Assembly: GCA_965178125.1 (NCBI GenBank)
Contig: OZ237751.1
Location: 248,001-312,000 of the forward strand
Origin: Bilabrum cf. latius
Lineage: Eukaryota
Direction of reading: 5' to 3'
Length of the DNA stretch: 64,000 nt
Under the pieces are notes generated by a model. It saw nothing but the letters and a program-made list of their open reading frames with translations. It did not search any database and was not told the origin of the DNA. Both the position numbers and the translations under genes were made by a program. Shown here in pieces: positions 13,901 through 27,173 of this stretch (position 1 is its first letter; each line of letters starts with the position of its first letter).

Positions 13901-15991
13901 CATGCTGGCATCACGGCTGTGCTAGAGCAGAGAGCCATTCTCGCGGCAAGAGAGATCGATGCCCGCACCACGGACCTTGCGCGTGCCCCAGAGAGGGCTA
14001 GCACTAGCTCCTCGCCGACTCGTGCGTGGTATGAAGACCCGGTGCTTGTTGTGGCTCCGAAAAACAGCGCGAGATACATTCGCAAATGGGCGGCGCGCAT
14101 CGATCGGCTGTACTCTGCTGCAGTGAAGAGGCACCAGATGAGTTCCGAGCATCCCGGCGGCCTCCCAGAACGATCGTTCGTGCTGGTAGACGAGACGGTG
14201 CTGCGAGCCCCGTGGGCCATGCAATTCACGGACAACCACCCGATGGTGGCGGTGAAGGGGCCCGTGGGGGCACAAGAGCAGGCTGCCGGCATTGCAGAAG
14301 AAGAAGAGGTCTTTGGTGACGGCGGCACCGCTACTCCTGCGACGGGCGAGCATGTATCGAGCACAGCTCCCCCTGCAGCCAGTGCTTCAACCGAAGCGAC
14401 AGGCTTGGATGATCGCGTTGCGCTGAATTCGAGTCCTGCTGGGGTCTCGAGCGCAAAAACCGCTCCGTCCGTTTCGATTGCATCCAAGGCGGGCAACTGG
14501 GTCGCTCCTGCCTTCTCCGCCGGGTCCTTCGTCGATGCAACAGAGTACGCTCGGGCGGTGGGGAGCGGCGGTCTGCCTTCATCCATCAGCAGAGAGGAGA
14601 TGATGCGGCTAGCCACGACCAACCTGCGGGCCTCAGATGCCAGCGGAAAGGTTGTTGATGAGGCACCTTCAGCGTCCAAGGAGACAGACCAGGCCGCGGA
14701 AGGTGAGGACACCGCGGCTGTTGTGGCGCGTGCATTGGCCACCGTGGGCGCATTCAGAGCCACCTCGTGCCCAGTGTGGCACTGCCACAACGCATTCGCC
14801 GTCCGGTTTGACTTCTAGTGCGAGCCTGCTCCAACGTCCAGTTCCTCGTCCTCTGCATCCAGCCCAGAGGTGATCAGCAGAAGGGAATGGTCCTTCGTAT
14901 TTGCGGGCGATAGCCGCCCGTGCGACTCGGAGGTGCGCCTGTCGCTGGGTGCATCGCTGCTCGTGCACGAGGCCACGTTCGAGGACGGGTTGGAGGCTTT
15001 GGCGGCGGAGAAGAGGCATTCCACAGTGTCGCAGGCGCTGTTTGTGGCGGCGGCATGCCGTGCCAGGGCCGTTGCCTTGCAGCACTTCTCGGCGCGGCAG
15101 CCCAAGCTGCCGGTGCTGTGGACAGGAGGCATCGAGTCTGCTGCTCGCGGCCCTGCCGTTGCTGCCAGTGCGACCGCAGGTGTTGGATAGGGGGCATCTG
15201 CTCTAGGTGGTGCGTCGCCTGCTGCTGCGACCGCGCCTTCTGCCTGGCCCTGGCAGTGGGACAGGCGGGCTGGCCCGCCGCCATCGCGAGTGGCGCTGTG
15301 CTACGACTTTATGGTCCTCGCTGGGGACGGACCTCCTGCTTTGCCTGGGTTTGACCTGTCGACAGCGGCTGGGCCTCGAATCGTCTCAAAGGTGCTCCCG
15401 GCGCTGCATGCGCTGCATCTGGGCGAGGATGACGCGGGCAGCGTGGGATCAATGGAGGACGCTGGACCATAGGATGGTGCCGCTCCTGGTAAGGGGGCTA
15501 AGCAGGGTAAGGGTGGCCAAGGCAAGGGCAAGGGAAAGGGAAAGGGCGCAGGGAAGCAGCAAGGCAGCAAGAAGAAGGGGGACAGGGCGGCCAAGAAAAA
15601 GCAACAGCAGCAGCTGCACTAGTCTAAAGGCGGGGGCAAACGGGAACCGACGAGAGCCCCCGAATCGAAAGAATCCTCGAAGGTGTCTTCATCTCTTGCA
15701 GCATAGGGCAGCGGGGATACAATAGGCCGGGCCACGCCGGCAGACGACTCTGTAGGCATCGGAGGCAAGCGGGCTAGCTCTGGGGGTAGTTGCGGCGCAT
15801 CTGACCAGCAACCAGCAAGCGCAGGCTTGCTGGCAGAAGGGTGTGGCGTGCAGGATGGAGTCGGGGGAGGGTAGACTAAGCCAAGCGAACCAGCCGGAGT
15901 GGGCCCCGCCAGCTCTGCTGCAGGTGCTGGCGAGAGGCCGACCAAAGTCAGGAGGGTAGAGGGCGGTGAATCGTCGGCTTCCAGTGTCTGA
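10971..15991 (+). CDS. ELAC2: Ribonuclease Z, long form (tRNA 3' endonuclease)
   Basis: Ordered motifs GATQR, GLS|GMVL, PKPGKFDARAAIRAGVPKG (exosite), FLGTSSAVPSKYRN, LLDCGEGT, SHHHADHHAG, CPVWHC, FAGDSRPC, LLVHEATFED, KRHST, QHFSARQPK, VALCYDFM. Intron 11179-11276. Ten in-frame TAGs (11594, 12260, 13364, 13736, 14816, 15188, 15470, 15620, 15704, 15872); ends at TGA 15989-15991. Confidence 0.92.
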
Positions 15992-16110
15992 GCTGGGCTT
16001 GCTTTTGATTTTGATGTTCACCATCTTGCTTGCTGGCTGCTTGCTAGCTGAAAACAACACTTCTGTTCACCTCATGGTGACGCTGCGAGCACAGCACACC
16101 CGAGTTCTTC

Positions 16111-16851
16111 TTACTGCCTGCCAGCGTCACCTTGATCCAATGCGCCCGATCGTTCCGAATCCTCCTTTTTCTGCTTTTCCTCTTCCTTTAAACGGAATGA
16201 TGCGGCTGTCCCGCCGCCTTCCACTGCCTTCGCTCGCTTCCTATCTGTTTTCTCTTTGCTCAATCGGATGTGCCACAAGGGGTGCCTCTCTCGGTGCCGA
16301 TCCCGAAGCTCTGTCCATTCCAAAGCGAGCCTCTGCAGCCGCACAGTTTCCTCTGGGGATACTAGACGCATGTTGGTTGCCGCTCTCGCGGCAATTTCTC
16401 GAGCCTCCTCTCCGGAAAGCCCGCGCTACCTGGCTGCTAGCATGGCTCGCTGCTCTGCCGCTGCCCTAGTCGCACTGCGGCTGCCTCTAGCAAGCAAAGC
16501 TTCCGCCTCAGGACCTCCGCGAGCTAACACTCTCTATCTTTGCAAGCGTCCAGAAACGCGGAAAAACTAGCTTGCAAGCGACCCTGCCGCTCCGACAAAG
16601 AATAGCACTATGCCGATACCTATCCATCGCTACATACGATCCGCTGCTGCATCCTCCTCTGGATCACCTGTTTTCTTTCTATTAATCAGTTCACGAAACC
16701 ATGACTGCTCAAAGTACGGCTTGTACGAATCTGGCATCGTTTCCCTCCTTTCCTTGTACAATTCATACAAGTTCGGTTTTTTCTCTCCATTTCCCCCATC
16801 GACGGGTGGACTAGATGCTCGTACATATCTGCGCTGAATACACTTCGCCAT
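16111..16851 (-). CDS. Hypothetical single-pass membrane protein with a charged helical C-terminus (about 246 aa)
   Basis: ORFs 16630-16851 and 16111-16371 are one frame through TAGs at 16630, 16567, 16534 and 16426. TM segment WIGIGIVLFFVGAAGSLA. Ends at TAA 16111-16113. No recognisable family. Confidence 0.55.
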
Positions 16852-17066
16852 CTAAACTTCAACAAATGCTGCAGCTACTTGAATCTGCACTTGGGCACCA
16901 GGTTCGCTTGTGATTAGGAACGTTCTTTGTCAGGCTTGCCACACAAAACACATCTTTCACGTGTAGCGTTCGGAGCGGCGATTATTGTACATTCATTGTC
17001 AACGTTTTGTGTTAATTAGAAAATATTCAACCTTCACCTGGAAGATCAAAGGATAGGCGTGAAGAT

Positions 17067-20000
17067 ATGTCCCAATAGTCCCGGGCAGGACGTTTGAACA
17101 CCCAGCCGCTTTGGAACGGCTCCAGAATCGAACTCGAACGCGGACCTCCTCGAGGTACCACCTAGTAGTATGGAATAATTGCTGACGCTGCCTTCTCTGG
17201 CCATCTTCTTCCTCTCGAATCATCGAGTAGCGATTCGTTCCGGGGAGACCATGCGTAGGCGCAGTTGGTCGATGCCCGCTTTGCACTGCGCGAAGTTGTT
17301 CAGCACAACTTCAGATTGGCGGCGTTGAATGATACGGCCTCGGGTTTTTAGAGGCGGTTCATTCGCATGGGACTGGAGGGGGCCCGTGCTGGGCTGTGGG
17401 CCCCGTACGTGCAGCTTGCCCGGATCGATCGGTCACGCATGAGCTTACCGGAAGCAATGCCGGAATCGCGAGACGGCACCGAAGCATCTGGAGCGGTAGT
17501 ATTCTACGTGTTGCTCTCGTAGAACAGCCGGGGGCGGGGGACTCAGGTAGACGGGGACCAGTCCGCCGGCAACATGGCCTCTCTGTCGGCGCAGCAGCGC
17601 GCCGCTCTTGCTCGCTTTCAGCTGGCCCCGCGACCGAGGATGGGCGCGGGTGCTAGCGAGCAGGGACCGGTGATGCGAGCTGCCCTAGAGGCTGCAACGA
17701 TTTCGAGGGCAGTAAGGCCACCAAATGCGGCGGGGTCAGCCGCGGGGAGCGCGCTCGTTGAGTCACCTGGAAGGGCGGGCGCCAGTGGATCTGCTCCCCG
17801 TGCTTCCAGGTCCACACAGAGGGGGTCAGTAGAAGGAGTCAACGCTGCTGGGGCAGGCGTGCAGAGCTACGATGGCGAGCCGTTGGGCTCGCTGGGCACG
17901 CATCACGACGTGCATGCAATGGCAGCTGAAGCGGGCAGCTTGCAGTCGCTGGCTTCCAACATGGCGCCCGGCCAGTGTCAGCCCGTCCCACTCGCTGTGC
18001 TGAGGGCGCAGATGCCCGTGCCTGAAGGGAAGAGTCCTATCAAGCTGGACTGCCTGCAGTTGGCAGCCGGGCGCGATGCGCTTGGACAGCTGGGGGCATC
18101 GCGGGGTGCCGCTGAAGCAGGCCAGGCACAGCGCGGGGGTACCGGCGATGGCAGCATCGGTAGTTGCAGCCTGCCTTTTCTCAAGGCAGGAGACATCGTC
18201 ACGCACGTGAATATGGAACCAGTGGATGGACCATTGGGGCTGGCCAGTGCGCTGGAGTCCAGCTCAAAGAGGCCGTACTAGACCGAGGGTCTCTCAGTTG
18301 ACCAGCTGCGCGCCAATTTCCTCCACAAGGAGGCAGCGGTAGCAGCAGCGGGCAGGGTGCTCTCCTCCACCAGTGCCAATGAGAGCGCCACCCCGGCTTC
18401 CAGTGATAGTCTGACAGCCAGCGATGACACTGTCGCCCTTGTCTTGCCCCGAGGAACCGCTCTGCTCCGCGTTGTGAGGCCGCTCCCCGCGCTGCTGAGC
18501 GACTCAGGGACACTGGGCACCAGCGACGTGGGGCAATGGGACCGGTTGCGACTCGGAATCAGCAGCACGATGAGACGGCTGGCGGAGGCAGAAACCAGGG
18601 CAGCGGAGAGGGTCCGCAGGCTCAGGACAGCAGCGACGGCCGCGCGGTCGGATGACCCGTGGGCCGCTCCTTTGCCCTTGCCCGCGGCCCTGAGGGCAAT
18701 GCGCGCGATTGGCATGCCATCGACGCGATTCGAAACCAGTCATCGAGCTAGCAGGCACAGATTGCCGCTTGCATGTCCGGGAGTGATTGGAATGCTGCGC
18801 GGGCGCAAGCTTGGTGTTGCTCATCGTGCTTCGAGGGCATCGCGAAGCTCGCGCTTGCGAGCCATGGGTAGGCAGCCGAGGCCAGCTTCCCCTTCATTGT
18901 CATTCGCGCCATGCTAGCCCAGGGAGCAGGTGTATGGCCACGCAGAGGCGAGGACTGAGAGAATGCTTGCACACACGTTGCCTGCAATACTACCTCGCTA
19001 GCCCACCTCTAGCCAGCACGCAGCCTCCAGCCAGCTCGTCCGGAGCACAGCAGGCTGCGAGATGGTGGCAAAGATGCGATTGCGGTGCATGGTTTCTGGC
19101 CATGCATTTCAGCAAGGAAACGATCTGCAGACAGACAGGCTGGGCCAGGCGTGGTTTACCGCCTCGGACGATGGAACCGTCAAGATTTGGAATCGGAAGA
19201 CTAGCATTTTGCTTGCCACATTGCGCACAGGCAGGCGCTCGGTGGTCCAAGACTTGGCCCTGTGTCCCAGCGGGGCTCAGCTGGCAGTATCGTTTGAGCC
19301 GTGCGTGGCAGTTCCCGATCCTTCGAACGAAGGGTTGGACAGGATCGAGATGCTGGGGCCAGGCGCGCCTCGCGCCGTGAGGGTGTGGTCCTGGCGCGGA
19401 GGCGAAGACGAGCGAGGTGGGGAGGACGAGGACGATGACGATGACGAGGGAGAGGGAGAGGCTGGGGTAGCAAGAGAAGCCCATGTTCTGGTCGGACACA
19501 GCGCGCTGGTAGGAATGGTGGCGATGGATACGGGGTACAGTGATGTCGTGTACACAGTCGGTGACGATGGTATGCTCGTGGTCTGGGACCTGAAAGGCCA
19601 GTACCTTCCGCAGCCCATTGCAGCGGCAGTGCGTGCCGATGCCAAGAGGACGGAGGCTGCTGCTGAATTCAAGGAAGGCAGTGGTGTAGGGCAGCTGGCG
19701 ATGGAGGATGACGAACGTGGGAGCCCAGCTTCCAGCTCTGCGTCCAGCAACGGACCCTCTTCCGCACCTGCCCCCGGCCGCGATGCCGGGAGTGGCCCCG
19801 AAAGTGCTTTTTCCAACGAAATCGATGGTCAAGAGGTTGACCCTGCCCAGCGACGCACTGGTACGGTCGTGTCCGACGATGGCAGCACCTTTCCCATAGA
19901 GCTGCTCGGCGACTTGCACGCAGACAAATCTCGCTCCCTCAGACGGAGTGGGTCTATCAGCAGCACCGCACAGGGGCCGTTGGAAGGGCCCTGGTCCAAG

Positions 20001-23000
20001 ACAGACAGAGGGTATGTGTGGCGCCCATAGGTTGGCTACGACCCGGCAATCGCCCGTTTGTTGGCCTTAGAGCGATCCAGCGAAGGGGCTCCAGCCGCAG
20101 GAAGGGCTATTGCCGACGTCGAGGCCATGGATGATAGTGACTCTGCCGCGCACGTGCCGGACGATGCTGCGGAGGAAAGTGAAGACGGCGTCGCAAACAA
20201 TGGGACAGACTCCGAGCGTAAATCGCGATATCATGAAAAGAGCTCCCGGTATGACGCCATGCTGCCTCGGGAGGTTGAGCTGGGCACCACAGCAGCAAGG
20301 AAGGCGCTTGCAGACAGGCACAGTCGGGCTGTGGTGACCACTACGCTGCCACACGGCGTGCCAGGCGGTCAGCGACCCGCAGATGGATCGGCTGCACCAT
20401 CACTGGACCCCGAAGCGGGGGCCGGGAACTTTTTTCCGACGGTGCCTCCCGGCATGGCGGTACTTCGAGTGGTGCACGTGTCTCCAGGGGACGTACAGGC
20501 CGCGGCTGTGGAGGCCATTGCGGTGCATCCAGCCGGCGGCATTGTTGCTACAGGGAGCCAGGACGGCCAGGTTAGGTTGATTCGGTCTATTTATGACTCG
20601 AGCGTGCAGACTGAGTAGCAACTTCGCGGCCGCGAAGTGAGTCGCGGTGGTGTGCCTATCAGCACCCAAGGCAAGTCAGCTAGCAGGCCACCGAGCGTGA
20701 GCAGGAGAGAGCCTCCTGCTAGCTCGCTGTCATCTTCATCGCCTGCCATGACCAATGTCACCCCCGTTCTGGACGGGACTGTGATGTCGAACCTGAGCGG
20801 GCACACTGACCGGATCGACCGTCTGGAGTTCAGCCGAAGCGGTCACGCTCTGCTGTCCCTGTCCGATGACAAGAGCGCGAGGCTGTGGCTTGTGGCGCCA
20901 GACCCGACGAACGCTGTGTCGTTGAAGCTAGACAGCGCGTTTGAGAACGACCGGCTCATAGCAGACGCAGGGTATGGCTTGGATGAATCGGGGGTAGGTG
21001 CGCATCTGTTTGGCGGCCTTGCAGCGCAAACGCGCAGCACGTACAACGCATCTTTCAAGGCAGCCTCAGCCACCCCGAGCAGTCACAGGCGAAGGAGCGC
21101 AAGATTTTCGGGTGCATTTTAGGTGGAGGATTCCAGAGAAACGGGAGGCAACGAGGCATACCCAACCGTGGGTGACGCTCGTTTCTCGTGCGATGGTCGA
21201 TTCGTATTCACCGTCCATTCCGTGGCGCTGGCGCGGCGGCCTAAGTCTGTTAGGGGTATGCCCAACCACATGTCTGACCTTCGAGTATGGTGCTCGTCCA
21301 CAGGAAATCTACTGCACTGCCTGAGGCGAATCGAGCTCGAAGCTGTGGTGTGCGTCAAGCCGCACTCGACCATGCCTCTTGTGGTCGCAACTTCGAATTC
21401 TCTGGGCGGAATCAGAGTGTGGCACGCAGGAAGCGGTGCGCTTCTGCTGCACAGACAGGTGACACTGCACGACGACCCCGGGTATGAGGCTCTGCTGGAC
21501 GCGCCCTTGCAAGCAGTTCAGGTCCCAGATCTCCACGGCGCAGAGCAGAGGTGCAAGCGCTTGCTGCGGTAGCACTTGCAGAGATCGGCAGTAGCGGGTC
21601 AGGGGTCTGGGAGCAGCCGTCAGCAGAGGTAGGGCCGGCACGCTGCCGCGGTTGGCGCATCATCGTCCTCCGCACAGGACAGCTCGCTCGATGCACAGGT
21701 GCAGCGGAGCTTTGACCGTGCATGTCGAGTGGCAGAAGCGATCCAGCAGGCACAGAGGCAATGTCCCACTTTTGGAGACCTGAGCATCACGCACGGTGTC
21801 GCCGGGGTGCGCCACATGTGCTGGTCGCCGGATGGGCTCGAACTGGCTGCTCTGGATGACTACTCTAGGCTGTGCGTGTTTGGCCCGAAGGACTCAACGT
21901 GGGGCCAGGTGGGCTTCCAGCTATCGTTTCCGCCGAATGAAGGGTGGGATACTCTCAAGCTGTTGTGGAGGCTGTTGCGGGAGAGCAGCGAGGCAACACC
22001 CGGGCGCAGGTAGCTCCGCATGCGCGCCCCGTTGGGAATGCAAGAGATCAAGACAGGTGACGCAGTCGACCACGATGGGGAAAATGAAGAGGACGAGGAC
22101 GAGGAGGAAGACAATGACCTGGAGGTAAATAGGGGGCCTGCTGTGGTGTTGCGCGGGCGCGCCATGCTTCCACCTATGGATCAGCAGCTGGCACTTGAAG
22201 AGGAAGAGATGGAAATCGACCACCTGTACCAGCAACAGGAAAGGGCGACCCAGCGCGCCAGCGAGCAAAGCCTCCTGGAGCCGAGCCAGCTCCGCAACAG
22301 GAGAAGACCATACCCCGTGGAGTTCAGGCATCGTGCTGTGAGGGATATGCCCGGCCCCGGGCCGTACAGACCAGGGTACGCTCCGTTTCCGAGCCCGGAG
22401 TCTCGCCGGCGGCAGCTTGCCAACACATTTGATGACACGTGCGTTCCCTTGACAAAGCGCAACTAGCTCCGGTGGCTTACTGGGAGTGATATGGAGCTGG
22501 CGTTTGACGAAGTGCCGGGTAGCTCAATGCGACCGCCGACAGAGCTGGTGGCCCCCCTACTGCAGACCCTGAGCATGATCCGAGCGGCATTATCCAGCCG
22601 GGCGGGCGGGGGCCGTGGCAATGGCCGTGCACTGTCACTTGGGCTTCGACAGGCACTCTCCCGCGTGTTTGGACACGTCGCGCGAAGGCTGGCGAGGAGT
22701 CGACCAAGCCGGGATGTGCTGCGGTTTTTGCAGGATCAGCCCATGGCTGTCCCTGCGGCAGCTGCTCACGTTTTGGCTGAGACGTTGCGGGCAGCAGCGC
22801 AACAGCTCGTGCCAGCGCCCGGCACGTTGGCTTGCATCGACCTGTCCGAGTGTCCGGATCTCGTCAATGTGGGCGAGACGCCCGCTTTGCCCGACATTCC
22901 CGACTTTGAGGATGCCACAGACGGCGTGCTGGACGTCAGGAAGAGGCTCATTGTGCCATTTGGAAGGGCTGTCCAAAGGGTGAACCCAGGCAGCTTCATG

Positions 23001-26000
23001 GGGATATTGGGACATCTGCGAGGAGCTTTATCTGGTCGATGGGCGCTCCCAGACGGCACTTGGTTCGACGACGCTGCCCCTGCTTCGGCGCATACCAGCG
23101 CAGTTGTGCCTCGGCCTCGACTGCGTGCCTCGGCTTCCGAATCGTCGGTTCACGGCGCTGCATCGTCTGCCCCTGCGTAGGCGAGACAGCAGCGGTCTCG
23201 CCGAGCGAGACTCGTGTCCAGGAGCATGCGTGACGACTCCAGTTCCGATTCCGAGGAGTCGAGCGTGGTGGCACGGGGCCGGTCCATGTACGAGCGGGCG
23301 ACCGAATCCATCGACGTGCAGAACCGCAGAGCGGCGGAGCAGCAGAGGCAGAGGCAGCTGAGGTACAGGCGCCGGCGGGGTGTAGCAGTGCTGCCCGGGT
23401 CAGACGAATCTGACGGATCCGGCAGTGAGAGCGGCGGCGGCGGCGGCTTGGATGATTCCACGGGCCTCGGCGGCGGCGCATTTGTTGGCGGGGACAGCGA
23501 AGAAGACAGCGACTACGAAGCAGGGGGCAGGGGCAGCTAGCGGATGCGCGGCCGCTCTCGTCGCGTGGGTGGCCGCTCATCCCGCAGGAGACATGCCCAA
23601 GCAACTAGGACCAGTGGCAGGGCGAGGAGGCCGCCATCTCGACTTCTAGATGCCGGCGTGGAAGGGGATGGTGGTGCGTCACAAGAGAGTCGGCGGGATG
23701 GCCGGGCTAGGCGCGCTGCGAGGCGTGCCGCCCGCCGTTTCATAGAGCTGTCGGGGTCGGAGCGCGACGGGGACGAGGACCAGCACGATGGTCGCGACGA
23801 TCAAGATGGAAGCGATCTGGGCTTTGGTGGCTCAGACGATGACGATGACGGGCATGGAGCAGGCTTTGCTTCGCCCGAGGAAAGAGCAGCGGCACGGAAG
23901 CAGGGGGAGGCGCTGGCACTGGTGCGGAGACACTTCGATCCACCTAGCCTACCCCGCAGCGACTGGCTGCGCAGGACGAGGCCGTCTCCGGGGGCATACG
24001 TGCCCCAGCTGGGCGACGAGGTGGTGCTCGTGCGACCCGCCTTCGAGGCCTACGTGCAGGCTCAGATCGACGCGAGAGGCGGTGACGATGCGATTGAGAT
24101 ACCCACGGCGGCGTGGGGCAGATCTGCGCAGCTCGTTGCGTGCAGGGTCGTATCGATTCAGTTCGCATTTCCTGCTGCCGACCTCGGCAGGACGAATTCG
24201 CCGCAGAGACGCCGACCCGTTCGCGGTACCACCCATCGCGGGCAAACCTGGTTCCATGAACGGACAAAGGCGGGTCGCATGCGGCTGGACGTGCTGGCCA
24301 TCATAGAGCTGAGGCCCGACCAGGTGCTAGACGCCTCAGGCAGCGGGAGAGTGTCTTGGAAGACGCCTCGAAGGGCCAGCATGCCCAGACCAATCAAGGT
24401 GCAGCTGACTCGCAATCGGGGCGACGAGTTCCTTGTGTTGCGGTCCCGGTTCGACGCATGCATGCAGCTGCTCGGCGGGCAGATGAAGCGCGGGGCCCGG
24501 TGCAGGGTGGGGTACCTCGAGGGTGGCGACTATGCAGAGCACCGGGCCTACGGTCCTGCTTTGGATGGCAGGCATTACTCGGCGTTCCCGTCCATTGGGG
24601 CTGGAATCGGCCTGGAAGACGCACAGGAGGCGCCTTGGCAGCTTGCTGACTAGGCAATGGTGCCATCGGCTCCCTTTAGCATGGACTCCCGCCTTTCGTC
24701 CCTATTGCCAGCGTGGCGTTCGCTGGCCTGGAGCGCAGACATTGGCGCGGTGATTAATTTTGATGCGAGTCCAGGGTATGGAGACCCAGTTAGAGTGCTC
24801 CAGTTCGGAAACGATGACACTGGTGACTCTGCCGCGTCATTGGGTGCTGCTAGCAGCGCTTCCTCATCAGCGTCGTCCTCAGTCTCCTCTGAACCGCCGT
24901 GCTCAAGCAAGGGTGCAAAAACAGAGGATCAGCAGCCTGCTGATTTCCTGGATGCAGTGCGACCCCTGGACCCGCCTCCCCTTGAGGAAGACGGGCCGAT
25001 CGCTAAGCTGTACCCAGGCGTGATCCTGGACCGAGCAGGAGCGCAAGCCCAGCAGCAGGGGCTGCCACAAGACGATGCTCCCTCTAATGACGGCTCAGGC
25101 GGCCGGGGTGCCTCCGCAAGGAACCGCCATCGGTCTCCTGCTTCCAGCTCCAGCTAGTAGCAGCTCTACAACTCTGTACGGGTCCACTTCGATGGGCAGG
25201 CACCTGATCTCGTCTCTCCCTGGGAACTGATTCCTGCTCCCTCACGGCCGGCGAGCAGCTCCGGCTCTGCTTCGTCGGGCGCCGAGCCAGATGCTCCGTC
25301 CGAAGCGTAGCTTCTGTCTGCAGCCCTCGGGATGGTGCAGGAGGGACGGGCAGGAAGCGGTGCAGGCTCCGGGGCTGCAATCAGTGCAGGCTCCGGGGCT
25401 GCAAGCGGCGGAGCAGGTAACGGCAAGGATGGTCCCGGAACTGGTCGCAGCAGGAGTGCTCGCGATCAGGCAAAAGACCTCGCTGCCATGACCATGTTCG
25501 ACCGCTTGCCAGGCTTGCCCATTCGATTCAGAGCTGCGATGGTCCGGGGGCTGGTGGAGCTGAGGCGAACTGACGGCGTGTTGGCGGCAGCAACATCAGC
25601 AGCATCTCCAACACCATCATCCCATGCAGGCGCCAGCCTCGGGGATAGCGGGGATAGCGGCGGTGACACGTCTGCAGTGGGTAAATCCACTTCACAGGAA
25701 TCTGCTGCAGCGACACGCTCCACTCGCCCAGCAACCGATACAGCCCGGCGCCAGACCAGGCGCAGCAGTCGTTCGCCACAGGATGGACCGCCGTTCGAAA
25801 CGCAGGCAGCAGCCTCCGGTTCTGGAGGCGGCAGTGGCTTGTTGCGGTCGCGCAGCAGGCGAGGAGCTTCGGCCCGTGCAGTAGCGAACGACGCAGGCAA
25901 GCCTGACAGCAACAACAGCGGCAGCGGAGGCGAGGATGATTCCGCCGAAGACAACGCCCAGCTGCAAGTGGAGGCGTTTGTGCATGTGTTTGAGAGTCCC

Positions 26001-27173
26001 GCGTACCTTGCCTAGATCCCAGTTCCGATGTGCCTCACGACAATCCTGAGGCGGCTGCAGACCGGGTACTACCGGCAGCTGGCCTCTCTGCGAGCCGACG
26101 TGGATCTGTTGCTGCACAACTGCCGCACGTACAACAAAGCCGGCAGTGCTATCGTTCGAGTCGGAGAAAGGCTGCATGCACGTCTCCACGGCATGATTGC
26201 CGATGCAGTGAACGAGGCTGGCGAGAGTCCGTTTGGGCCTGAGGACTTCACGGATCCGAACAAGGATCCCGCGTGGAAAGCGGCGCGCTCTCGCGCTGTT
26301 CCCTCCACTCGTGGCGCTGCTGCGGGCACATCGAGCACAGCTGTGGCAACAAATGGTGTGAATCCTATGGCAGCTTCGAGCGGTACAAGTGCTGTGTCAA
26401 GCAGTGCCGATGGTACCGGAGCTGTTGGCACTCGGCCCGCTGGTAGCATGGATAAGGACGAGCTGCTGGCCCGACTGCACGGTATCATCGCCTCTGCCGA
26501 AGACCTGGACCCCAACGGCTGGTTTGCAGAGCCTGTACCGTTAGATGTAGCTCCTGACTACTTCGACCATGTGGATGTGCCCATGGACTTCAGCACCATC
26601 CGAGACAAGGCATAGAAGGGCAAGTACCAGGCTGTGCAAGATCTGGCCGACGACCTGCGGCTCATGTACCACAACGCGATGAAGTACAACGGGGAGGGTC
26701 ACGAGCTCTATCGACTTGGGGAAGAGTCTTGGGCAGCTGTGCTCCAGCTGCTGCGGCCCTTGCAGCAGCTGGCAGGCACAGCGCTCGATACATCTCGGCC
26801 GAGCGGCGTGGAGCTGGCAGCGGATGGTGGGGCAGGGTCGGTGCGTAGAGGGGCGCGGGCGGCGGGCCGCAAGCGAGGCAGAGACGAAGCAGGGCTTGCG
26901 GCAGACGACGAGGAGTACGTGGGCGAGGACGATGGTGAGGAGGACGAGGAGGCCGAGGCAGACTTCGATCGCAGAGCCAGACGTGCAGTGTCGTACAAGG
27001 AGTCTACCGATGAGGAGAGCGATGCCGATGACGACGAGGAAGAGGAAGAGGACGATGATGAGGATTTCGGGGCGTCGCGGCAGAGGAGCTCGCGTCAGCG
27101 TTCGAGTCGAAGGCAAGTCGAGCAAGCTTCCAGACACAGTCGCAGGTCGTCCAAGCGTAGGAGGCGGCGATGA
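17067..27173 (+). CDS. BRWD/PHIP-like WD40-repeat plus two-bromodomain protein (about 3368 aa, apparently intronless)
   Basis: WD40 motifs (FTASDDGTVKIWN, LVGHSALV, VATGSQDGQVRL, LSGHTDRIDRLEFSRSGHALLSLSDDKSARLW). BRWD central motifs (YVPQLGDEVV, EFLVLRSRFD, VSPWEL). Two bromodomains (IPVPMCLTTILRRLQTGYY...NCRTYN; FAEPVPLDVAPDYFDHVDVPMDFSTIRDK...NAMKYN). All fragments share one frame with about 24 TAGs and no TAA/TGA until TGA 27171-27173. Confidence 0.88.
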
